From: Malassezia furfur
Lineage: Eukaryota
Length of the DNA: 53,979 bases
Reading direction: 5' to 3' (one strand)
Assembly (NCBI GenBank): GCA_052055015.1
Contig: JBQJIT010000026.1
Under the pieces are notes generated by a model. That model ran no database searches. It had not been told where the DNA came from and worked only from the letters and a program-made list of their open reading frames with translations. Of this stretch, positions 39,974 through 48,882 are shown in pieces; the stretch's first letter is position 1; each line of letters starts with the position of its first letter. The translations under genes and the position numbers were made by a program.

Positions 39974-42900
39974 ATGGCGGAGGACAGTGCGCTGCACGCG
40001 TACATCGCGGCGCTGCTGCCGACGGTGCTCGGCGTGCAGGGCACGCTGTCCAACGCAAGTGCCGAAGAGGAATGGGACGAGGTTGAGCAGGCGTTTGTCT
40101 CGGACGCGCAGGTGCCTGTCGTGTTCGTTGACCAGTGCACCGAGAAGAACAACACTTGGTCGTATGCGCTGGCCCGGCGGCCGACGTACGCGCCCCCCGA
40201 GCACGTCTCGAGCATCGCGCTGATCAAGAGGCGCGCTCATATTGATACCCGTGCGCCGCTCGCGCATCAATTGCGCGTCGTGACGCTGCTCGGCAGCGCG
40301 GCGGCCGACGACGCGTCGGCCGGCGCTGCATTGCTCGAGACGCCCTACGAGGCGCTCGAGTCGGTGGTGCACAGCGTTATGGCACCTTGGTTTGACGCCT
40401 ACGCAACGCACGACCGTACGGATGACGAAAAGCGCACCAAGGAGGACGAGATCCCGCTTGTGAAGCGCAAGTTTGCCGAGCTCGAGCTCAGCCTGCGGCA
40501 CCTGCAGCAGAGCGTCGAGATCCCGCAGGTGGTGTTAGCCATCCACCCGACGATCCGAGCAGCGGTCGAGGCGTGCGAAGAGCAGCACATCCCCGTGTCG
40601 GCCGCGGCAATCGACCCGCCACGCCTGCTGCACGACGACCAGTTTGTGAACGAACTGCACGCCGAGATGAACGGCTGGGTTCGCGCCGTGCAAAAGATCA
40701 CCAAGCTCGACCGCGATGCGGCAAGTGGCACGGCGATGCAGGAGATTCATTTCTGGAACGCTATGGAGCACGCGCTCGAGGGGCTGGAACAGCAGTTGCA
40801 CGCCCCCGGCATCACGCTCACGCTCGAGGTACTGACGAACGCCAAGCGCTTCCATGCCACCGTCTCCTTCCACACGGACACCGGCATTAAGGACTCGCTC
40901 GAGCGCGTGCGCAGCTACAATGTGCTGATGCGCGACTTCCCGCTGCCCGACCTGCTCGCTGCGACGACGCTGCCGGCGTGCAGTGACGCGCTGCGTGCCA
41001 TCTTTAGCGTGCTGAGCAAGAAGCTGCGCGTGAGTACCTATCCCGTGTCGTGCGCGCTCGCATTTGTCGAGGCCATCGGGCGCGAGGCGAACGAAGTGCT
41101 GCTGCGCATGCTCACATCGCTCGCGCCGATGCAGCTCGCGTACGATGCGTGTGCCGCCATTTTCCACGAGGCGCTCCAGGTGCTGGGCGAGTGGGACGAG
41201 CATGTGAAAGAGTTTGTCTATGTCGCGCGCGACTTGACGCGCAAGCGCGCGGAAAAGTACATCCCCATCAAGGTCGCGCCCGTACATGCGGCACTGCGCG
41301 CGCGCGTCGAATATCTGCAGCGCTTCCGCGCCGCGCACCAAGAGCTTGTCGAGATGGTCGATGTGAGCCGGTCGTGGTCCTCGGCGCCGACGCCACTGCT
41401 CGCCGAACTGCGCGCAGCGCTCGACCCGATGCTCGCAATCGACGCACTGGACGTCTCTGAGAAGGGCACCGAGCTCCTTGCGCAGGCCGAGACTCGCTAC
41501 AATACGAAGATTACGCACGTCGAGAGCCTGTTGGTGGACAAACTGCGCACGCTCCTCGACGGCGCGCAGTCGGCTCGCGAGCAGCTGCGCATCTTGGCAC
41601 AGTGCAACCGGCTGTTTGTGCGGCCCAAGGTGCGTGCCGCGGTGCAAGAGTACCAGCAGGTGTTGTTGCACAGCGTGCAGAGCGATATTGATGCGCTCCA
41701 TGCCAAGTTCCGCGCGGGCTTCCGCCACTCGGACGCACACCTTGCGGCGCAGCTGCGGCACCAACCCGAGATCGTCGGCGCAGTAGTGTGGGCGAACGAG
41801 ATCGAGCGCCAGCTGCAAGTGTACCTACAGCGCGTGCACGACGTGCTTGGCGCGGGCTGGGAACACTACGCGGATGGCCAACGCATCCACGCCGAGAGCA
41901 CGACGTTTGCACGTAAGCTCGATACGCGCCCACTGCTCGCCGCGTGGTCACAGGACATGGCGCGGCGCGGCACACATGTCACCGGTGCATTGCTGCGCGT
42001 GGTGCAGGACCGCAGCACGGGTACGCTGCGCCTCGTGGCCAACTACGATGCGCAGGCGTTTGCGTTTGCCGACGAGGCGCACGCGCTCACCATGCTGGGC
42101 GTGTCGATTCCACAGGCGCTCGTGAGCGCGGCGCTGGATGCGCGGCGTATCTACCCCTTTGCGCTGTCCATTGTGCACTCCCTGCGCACACTCGACAAGA
42201 CGCGCGCACGGCTGGAGCCGACGTTTGCACCGCTACTTGCGCATGCCGAGAACGAGGTGCATGCGCTGCTGTCGCAGACAGTAAATGGGCGCTGGGAGCG
42301 CTTCCTGGACAGCTACAGCAGTGTGTACACCAGTGCGAATGCCGAGGCGCTGCGCGAGAATGCCCAGGTAACGCTCGTCGAGAAGCTGGCCGCGGCGTGC
42401 ATCGCATTTGAGGAACAGACGCAACACGTCGCGCAAGTCTCTGCGCACACCGATGAGGTGCTCGACGCGATGGGGTCGTGCGTGTACGATGCCGCGGTGT
42501 TGGGGGCGCACCTAGCCCAGCTGCAAGAGGATGTGGACGCACTCAGCCTCAAGGCATACCCCAACCTTGCACGGTTTGTCGCGGCGCTCGACGCGCGCAT
42601 CGAGCGCGTGCTCCAGCTGCGCGTCGTTGCCGAGCTGCGCCGCCTTGCGGCGAATTTTGCGACGCGCAGCGAGCGCGCAGCCGTGGCGTTAAGCGTGCGC
42701 CTCGTCAACGCCGTGCTCACCCTCGAGCCATCGTTGGAACACGCGCGTGCGCACGGATTCGGCGCGATCCGCGAGACGCTTGCGGTCGTGCTGCGCCTTC
42801 CGCGCGTGCACGCAACGCGGTATGCACTGCACCTCGGTCAGACGGCTGCGGGCACCTACCAAACCGTGCTCGATGCGCTCCCGAGCGACGTGCTCACTGC

Positions 42901-45900
42901 GCCGCTTGACCGCCTCGAGTCGCGTCTCGCGGCTGCCGCGGCGTACGCGCAGACGTGGCTCGCGCTGCAGTTCCTCTGGGACGTCGAGCCCGAGGCGGTC
43001 GCTGCACAGCTCGGCACGGATTTGCATGCCTGGCACACGTTTGTGCAGCACCTGCGGCATGCACGCGCGCGAATTGATGCCCGCGCACCGCGCCGTGCGT
43101 TTGCTTTTGTCGAGGTTGACCCTGAGCCCGTGCAGGCGCGGCTCGCGCAGAAGCTCGATGGCTGGGAAGAGGCACTGCTCGCGCACTACGCCGGTGTGCT
43201 TGCGAACGCGATGCGCGCGTCGCACACAGTGCTCGCCGAGGGTCGCGCTAAGCTCGAACCGATGCAGATTGCCGGCGCATCGACCGCGCAGGTCGTCGCA
43301 CTCATCACGCTCGTACAGCGCCTTGCGCACGAGACACAGCATGTGCGAAATGCGCTCGACGTGTACAGTGCGGGCCAGGATGCGCTGCAGCGCCGGCGCG
43401 TGTGTCCCGCCGAATGGCTGTATGCCGAGCACGTTGCCGGCGAGCACACGGCACTGGAACAGCTGCTTGTCGCGAAGCGCGCACTGATCGATGCCGAGCA
43501 CGAGTCAATACACGCGCAGATCGCGGCCGAGGACCAGGCAGTGGCTGTGCGCGCTGAAGAGCTTGCAGCCGCGTGGATCGAGGAGCGACCCGTGCAGGCA
43601 GCCATCTCGGTGCGCACTGCGCAACAGACGCTCGCATCATTCGCGGCGCGCCTTGGCGACGTGCAGCGTGCACGGTCCCAGACGACGGTCGCGCTCGAGG
43701 CGTTTGGCCTGCCGGCGCGCACAGACCAGGCGCTCAGCGTCGTCGCCGAGGAGCTCGACGAGTTGCAGTCAGTCTGGGGCGCACTCGCTGAGATCTGGGC
43801 GCAGCTCGATGAGCTACGCGCGACGCCCTGGGCCGCCGTGCAGGTGCGCAACGTGCGCCAGCGCCTCGAGGCGCTCCAGCGCACGGCACGCGCGCTGCCG
43901 AGCCGGATGCGGCAGTATGCCGCGTACGAGCATGTGCATGACGAGTTGCTCTTCCTCACGAAACACGTACCGGTGCTACAGGACCTACGTGCAGACGCGT
44001 TCCAGGAGCGCCACTGGCGCGCGCTGTACAAGCGTGTCGGGAAGCGCTACCTGCCCTCCTCGCAGACGCTCGGCCAGGTGTGGGATCTGAACTGGCGCGC
44101 CAACCTACCCCTGCTGCGCACGCTCCTAGCCGAGGCACAGGGCGAGTATGCGCTGGACGTCTACTTGCAGCAGGTGCGCGAGGCATGGACGGGCTATTCG
44201 CTCGACCTAGTAAACTACCGCAACGAGTGCATGCTGGTGCGTGGCTTTGACGCGCTCTTCCAGCTCGCCACCGAGCACGCCAACGGCCTGCGCACCATGA
44301 GCGCGAGTCCCCACTACCGCATTTTTGAGGAAGAGGCACGGCGTTGGGAGGAGCGCGTGGCGCGTGTGCAGACGACGTTTGAGCTATGGGCGCAGGTGCA
44401 GCGCCAGTTTGTCTACCTCAACGGCATTTTTACCTCGAGTCCCGAGATGAAGCACATGCTCCCGATGGAGACGAACCGCTTCCAGAGCATCACATCCGAG
44501 TTCCTTGCGATCTTACGACGTGTCCAAAAGGCGCCGTACGTGCTCGAGGTTGTGCAGCAGCCCGGTCTGGAAGCGGCGCTCGAGCGCCTCGCCGAGCTCC
44601 TGCACAAGATCCAGACGGCGCTCGGCGAGTACCTCGAGCGTGAGCGCGTGCGCTTCCCCCGCTTCTTCTTTGTGGGCGACGAAGACCTGCTCGAGATGCT
44701 CGGCAACCGCCAGGACATTGCGCGCATTGCGCCGCACCTGTCCAAGCTTTTTGCGGGTATTGGCCGCATCGACGACGAGGCGGGCATCGTCCGCCACGTA
44801 TATACACGCAGCGGCGACGCTCTTGCGCTTGATGCGCCCGTCGTCCTGGCGCAGCATCATGCACTGCACGAATGGCTCGCTGCGCTCGAGCAGAGCATTT
44901 CCACGACGCTACGGGCGCGCCTGCATGCGGCGGTTGAGGCATTCCCGAGCACGGAGCTCCTGCCGTGGCTCTCGGCGCACGTCCCACAAGTCGTGGTGCT
45001 GGCGTCGCAGGTGGTGTGGGCGCGCGATGTCGAGGCGGCGCTGGAAGGTACTGGGGCGCTCGCCGACGTCGCGGCGCGTCTCGATGTGCGCATTGCCGCA
45101 CTCGCCGAGCAGGTGACGTGCGTCGATGTGCCGTTGCGCCGCGCGTGCGAGCAGCTGCTCACTCTGTGTACGCACCAGCGTGAGGTGGTTGTGCGGCTGT
45201 GCTCCGCGGACGCGAATGCCGCGTCGTTCGCATGGCAGTACGAGCTGCGGCACTACCTCACCGCGTCGGGCGATGTCGAGGTGCGCATGGCCAACACCGT
45301 GTTTGCGTACGGCTTTGAGCTGCTTGATGCCAGCGAGCGGCTCGTGTCCACGCCACTTACCACGGCGTGCTACACGGCGCTGACGCAGGCGCTGCACGCG
45401 CGGTATGGCGGTGCGCCGTTCGGCCCTGCGGGCACGGGCAAGACCGAGACGGTCAAGGCACTCGCCCACGAGCTCGGGCGGCTCGTGTTTGTATTCAACT
45501 GTGACAGCCAGTTTGACGGCCTTGCGATGGCGCGCATCCTCGCGGGCCTGTGTCGTGTGGGTGCGTGGGGCTGCTTTGACGAGTTCAACCGTCTTGACGA
45601 GCACGTCCTGTCGAGCGTCTCGCAGCAGATCCAGGCGATCCAGCAGGGCCTCGCAGCGCCCACCCACACGGCCGAGCTTGGCGGCGTGGCGACGCCCGTG
45701 CATGCACACACGGGCATCTTTGTGACGATGAATCCGACGTACGCCGGGCGCTCACACCTGCCCGACAACCTCAAGCAGCTCTTCCGCAGCGTCGCGATGG
45801 CTGCACCGGACCTCGCGCGCATCGTGCACATTCTGCTGCTCGTGCACGGCTTCCAACACGCCGAGGCGCTCGCCTCCAAAATGGTGCTGCTGTTCGACAT

Positions 45901-48871
45901 GTGCGCCGAGCAGATCCGCGGCGGCGACCACTACGACTTTGGGCTGCGCGCGCTCAAGTCCGTGCTGCGGCGTGCTGCCACGCTCCGGCGCACGCACAAG
46001 CTCAACGATGAACACCGACTGGCGGGCGAGCAGGCAATCCTTGTGCAAAGCGTCGAGGAGATTGTCCCACCGAAACTTGCGGCTGACGATGTCGCGGCGC
46101 TGCAGGCGCTCGTGCGCGACGTCTTCCCTGGTGTGCAGCACGCCTCGGCGCCGCTCGAGGCGCTGCGTACGGCACTCGCGGTGGTGTGCGACGCGGCGCA
46201 CCTCACGCAGGGCGCATGGGCCGACAAGGTGCTCCAGCTGTACCAGATGCAGCAGGTGGCCCAGGGTGTCCTGCTGGTCGGCCCCGCGGCGAGCGGCAAG
46301 ACGTGTGCGTGGCGCATGCTGCTCGCGGCGCTCGAGCGTGCCGAGGGCACCCGGCATGCCGTGCACGTTGTCGAGCCCAAAGTGTGGAGCAAAGAGCACC
46401 TCTATGGCACGCTCGACCCCACCACGCGCGAGTGGACCGATGGGCTCTTGACGTTGCTCCTGCGGCGCATCCACGAAAACGCGCGGCGGGAGAGTGAACA
46501 GCGGCACTGGATCGTGCTGGACGGCGACATCGACCCCGAGTGGGTCGAGAGTTTGAACAGTGTGCTGGACGACAACCGTGTCCTCACGCTGCCCACCGGC
46601 GAGCGCCTCGCGGTGCCAGAACACGTGCGCTTCCTGTTCGAAGTCGAGAACGTGGCGCATGCGACGCTCGCCACCATCACACGGTGCGGCATGGTCGCGT
46701 TCGACGCGGCGCTTGTGCCGCTCCACGCGCGCCTCGCACATGCACTGGCCGAGCTCCGCGCCGCGCCGCTCCATGCCGAGGACGAGTTTGTGTCGCTTGC
46801 GAGCGCCGAGGCGGCCACCGACCATGTGCGCGCGTGGAGCGTCGAGGCACTCGCGCCGCACTGTGCGCCTGGCGCCCTCGTCGAGGCCGTGTGGGAGGCC
46901 GCGGCCACGCATTCCCACATTATGCCGCTCGATCCCGCGCGGTGCGTTGCGACGTTGTTTGCGCTGCTGCGCCGTGCGGCGCGGCACGTACTCGCCTACA
47001 ATGCGCGCCACATCGACTTCCCGCTCACACAGGAGCATGTTGGGCTGTACATGCAACGTGCGCTGTGCGTCGCACTTGTGTGGGCATGCGCGGGCGACGC
47101 GCCACTCGCGGTGCGCGCGGCGGTCGGCGAGGCGGTCCGTGCGCACCCGGGGACGGCGTCGCTCGGAGTGCCACCGGGCGAGCTGCTCGACTTTTACGTC
47201 GAGGCGGTGCCCGACGCGCGCTTTGTCCCGTGGTCTGACCAAGTGGTCGGCGTCGAAGTCGAGACCAGTGCGGTGGTGCGCGCCGACGCCGTCATTCCCA
47301 CGCTCGACACCGTACGGCAAGAGGAGCTGGTGCATGCCTTCTTGCTCGACGAGCGCCCCGTGGTGCTGTGTGGACCGCCGGGAAGCGGCAAGACGATGGT
47401 GTTGTATGCGACGCTGCGGCGCATGCCCGACGTCGTGCTTGCCGGATTGAATCTGAGCAGCCAGACGACCCCCGCGTCGCTCCTAACGCTGCTGGAGGAG
47501 CACTGCACGTACGAGAAGACGCCGAGCGGCACGCGTCTCGTCCCGAGCCAGCTTGGCCGCACGCTTGTGGTGTTTTGCGACGAGATCAACCTGCCGGCGC
47601 CGGACGCGTACGCGACGCAGCGTGTGATTGCCTTTTTGCGGCAGCTTGTCGAGCAGCGCGGCTTCTGGCGCGCGCACACCTGGGTGCGACTCGAGCGCGT
47701 GCAGTTTGTCGGTGCGTGCAATCCGCCGACGGACCCGGGGCGTACTCCCCTGAGCGCGCGTTTCTTGCGGCACGCGCCCGTGCTTATGGTCGACTACCCC
47801 TCGCGCCCGTCGCTGCACCAGATCTACCACACGCTCGTGCGAGCGACGCTGCGCGCCGCGCCGAGCCTCGTGGGCTATGCCGAGGCGCTGACCACTGCGA
47901 TGGTCGACTTCTTCGCCGCGTCGCAGCGGCGCTTCACACCCGAGCAGCAGGCGCACTACATCTACTCCCCCCGTGAGTTGATGCGGTGGGTGCGTGGCAT
48001 TCACCGTGTCGTGGGCCGCGCCGAGCTCACGACGCTCGCCGAGCTGGTGCGTGTGTGGGCGTATGAGGGGCTGCGCCTCTTCCAGGACCGCCTCGTTGCA
48101 GACGACGAGCGCCGCTGGACAGACGCGGCGCTGGACGAGGCGGCCGCCGCAGCTTTCCCCGCGCTGGACGTCGGCGCCGCGCTGCAGCGCCCCATCCTGT
48201 ACTCCGACTGGCTCTCGAAAGAGGTGCGCAGCGTGGCGCGTGCGCCGCTGCGCGAATATGCATCTGCGCGCCTGCGTGGCTACTCGGAAGAGGAGCTTGA
48301 CACGGACCTCGTGCTGCACGACGCGGTGCTTGACCTGGCACTTGGGTGCGACCGCGTGCTGCAGCAGCAGGGCGGACACTTGTTGTTGATCGGCGTGAGT
48401 GGCTCGGGGCGCACGAGCGTCGCGCAGTTCTGTGCTTGGCTGCGCGGCTTGACGCTGTACAGTGTGCCGACCGCACGCGCCTACCGCGACGCCGACTTCG
48501 ACGAAGACTTGCGCCGCCTGCTGCGCCGCGTCGGCGTGCGCGGGGAGCGTGTGTGCTGGACGATGGACGAGTCGCAGGTGGCGCATCCTGCGCGCCTTGA
48601 GCGGCTCAACACGCTGCTTGCCAATGCCGACGTGCCCGGCCTGTTTGAGGGCGAGGACCACACTGCGCTGCTCTCGGCGCTGCGCGAGGCCGCCCAGCGC
48701 GAGGGGCTTATGCTTGCGGCCGAGGACGAGCTGCTCGCCTTTTTCCGCGCGCAGGTGCTCGCGAACCTGCACGTGGTGCTCACGATGCAGCCCCCCCGCG
48801 GCGGCGTCGGCACCAAGGCCACGGCGTCCCCTGCGCTGTTCAACCGGTGCACGCTGGTGTATTGTTGGTAG
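39974..48871 (+). CDS. dyn1: Cytoplasmic dynein heavy chain N-terminal half (tail, linker, AAA1-AAA3, AAA4 large subdomain), 2965 aa, intronless
   Basis: Tail motifs EIHFW and KRFHATVSF; linker FPRFFFVGDEDLL; P-loops GPAGTGKT, GPAASGKT, GPPGSGKT, GVSGSGRT; WGCFDEFNRL; HYDFGLRALK; DPEWVESLNSVLDDN; ends ASPALFNRCTLVYCW*. Confidence 0.95.
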   Translation: MAEDSALHAYIAALLPTVLGVQGTLSNASAEEEWDEVEQAFVSDAQVPVVFVDQCTEKNNTWSYALARRPTYAPPEHVSSIALIKRRAHIDTRAPLAHQLRVVTLLGSAAADDASAGAALLETPYEALESVVHSVMAPWFDAYATHDRTDDEKRTKEDEIPLVKRKFAELELSLRHLQQSVEIPQVVLAIHPTIRAAVEACEEQHIPVSAAAIDPPRLLHDDQFVNELHAEMNGWVRAVQKITKLDRDAASGTAMQEIHFWNAMEHALEGLEQQLHAPGITLTLEVLTNAKRFHATVSFHTDTGIKDSLERVRSYNVLMRDFPLPDLLAATTLPACSDALRAIFSVLSKKLRVSTYPVSCALAFVEAIGREANEVLLRMLTSLAPMQLAYDACAAIFHEALQVLGEWDEHVKEFVYVARDLTRKRAEKYIPIKVAPVHAALRARVEYLQRFRAAHQELVEMVDVSRSWSSAPTPLLAELRAALDPMLAIDALDVSEKGTELLAQAETRYNTKITHVESLLVDKLRTLLDGAQSAREQLRILAQCNRLFVRPKVRAAVQEYQQVLLHSVQSDIDALHAKFRAGFRHSDAHLAAQLRHQPEIVGAVVWANEIERQLQVYLQRVHDVLGAGWEHYADGQRIHAESTTFARKLDTRPLLAAWSQDMARRGTHVTGALLRVVQDRSTGTLRLVANYDAQAFAFADEAHALTMLGVSIPQALVSAALDARRIYPFALSIVHSLRTLDKTRARLEPTFAPLLAHAENEVHALLSQTVNGRWERFLDSYSSVYTSANAEALRENAQVTLVEKLAAACIAFEEQTQHVAQVSAHTDEVLDAMGSCVYDAAVLGAHLAQLQEDVDALSLKAYPNLARFVAALDARIERVLQLRVVAELRRLAANFATRSERAAVALSVRLVNAVLTLEPSLEHARAHGFGAIRETLAVVLRLPRVHATRYALHLGQTAAGTYQTVLDALPSDVLTAPLDRLESRLAAAAAYAQTWLALQFLWDVEPEAVAAQLGTDLHAWHTFVQHLRHARARIDARAPRRAFAFVEVDPEPVQARLAQKLDGWEEALLAHYAGVLANAMRASHTVLAEGRAKLEPMQIAGASTAQVVALITLVQRLAHETQHVRNALDVYSAGQDALQRRRVCPAEWLYAEHVAGEHTALEQLLVAKRALIDAEHESIHAQIAAEDQAVAVRAEELAAAWIEERPVQAAISVRTAQQTLASFAARLGDVQRARSQTTVALEAFGLPARTDQALSVVAEELDELQSVWGALAEIWAQLDELRATPWAAVQVRNVRQRLEALQRTARALPSRMRQYAAYEHVHDELLFLTKHVPVLQDLRADAFQERHWRALYKRVGKRYLPSSQTLGQVWDLNWRANLPLLRTLLAEAQGEYALDVYLQQVREAWTGYSLDLVNYRNECMLVRGFDALFQLATEHANGLRTMSASPHYRIFEEEARRWEERVARVQTTFELWAQVQRQFVYLNGIFTSSPEMKHMLPMETNRFQSITSEFLAILRRVQKAPYVLEVVQQPGLEAALERLAELLHKIQTALGEYLERERVRFPRFFFVGDEDLLEMLGNRQDIARIAPHLSKLFAGIGRIDDEAGIVRHVYTRSGDALALDAPVVLAQHHALHEWLAALEQSISTTLRARLHAAVEAFPSTELLPWLSAHVPQVVVLASQVVWARDVEAALEGTGALADVAARLDVRIAALAEQVTCVDVPLRRACEQLLTLCTHQREVVVRLCSADANAASFAWQYELRHYLTASGDVEVRMANTVFAYGFELLDASERLVSTPLTTACYTALTQALHARYGGAPFGPAGTGKTETVKALAHELGRLVFVFNCDSQFDGLAMARILAGLCRVGAWGCFDEFNRLDEHVLSSVSQQIQAIQQGLAAPTHTAELGGVATPVHAHTGIFVTMNPTYAGRSHLPDNLKQLFRSVAMAAPDLARIVHILLLVHGFQHAEALASKMVLLFDMCAEQIRGGDHYDFGLRALKSVLRRAATLRRTHKLNDEHRLAGEQAILVQSVEEIVPPKLAADDVAALQALVRDVFPGVQHASAPLEALRTALAVVCDAAHLTQGAWADKVLQLYQMQQVAQGVLLVGPAASGKTCAWRMLLAALERAEGTRHAVHVVEPKVWSKEHLYGTLDPTTREWTDGLLTLLLRRIHENARRESEQRHWIVLDGDIDPEWVESLNSVLDDNRVLTLPTGERLAVPEHVRFLFEVENVAHATLATITRCGMVAFDAALVPLHARLAHALAELRAAPLHAEDEFVSLASAEAATDHVRAWSVEALAPHCAPGALVEAVWEAAATHSHIMPLDPARCVATLFALLRRAARHVLAYNARHIDFPLTQEHVGLYMQRALCVALVWACAGDAPLAVRAAVGEAVRAHPGTASLGVPPGELLDFYVEAVPDARFVPWSDQVVGVEVETSAVVRADAVIPTLDTVRQEELVHAFLLDERPVVLCGPPGSGKTMVLYATLRRMPDVVLAGLNLSSQTTPASLLTLLEEHCTYEKTPSGTRLVPSQLGRTLVVFCDEINLPAPDAYATQRVIAFLRQLVEQRGFWRAHTWVRLERVQFVGACNPPTDPGRTPLSARFLRHAPVLMVDYPSRPSLHQIYHTLVRATLRAAPSLVGYAEALTTAMVDFFAASQRRFTPEQQAHYIYSPRELMRWVRGIHRVVGRAELTTLAELVRVWAYEGLRLFQDRLVADDERRWTDAALDEAAAAAFPALDVGAALQRPILYSDWLSKEVRSVARAPLREYASARLRGYSEEELDTDLVLHDAVLDLALGCDRVLQQQGGHLLLIGVSGSGRTSVAQFCAWLRGLTLYSVPTARAYRDADFDEDLRRLLRRVGVRGERVCWTMDESQVAHPARLERLNTLLANADVPGLFEGEDHTALLSALREAAQREGLMLAAEDELLAFFRAQVLANLHVVLTMQPPRGGVGTKATASPALFNRCTLVYCW

Positions 48872-48882
48872 GGTACACAATG

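Noticed and set aside
31900..48871. Dynein pseudogene fragments
   Set aside because: Both halves are long intact frames with conserved motifs and complement each other exactly; apparent premature stops in dyn2 lie inside 24-nt introns.
48850..48882. Trans-splicing or intein-mediated rejoining of dyn1 and dyn2
   Set aside because: A GTAGGG donor-like string overlaps the dyn1 stop, but there is no branch site or AG acceptor before the dyn2 GDW codons and no intein-like residues at either terminus.
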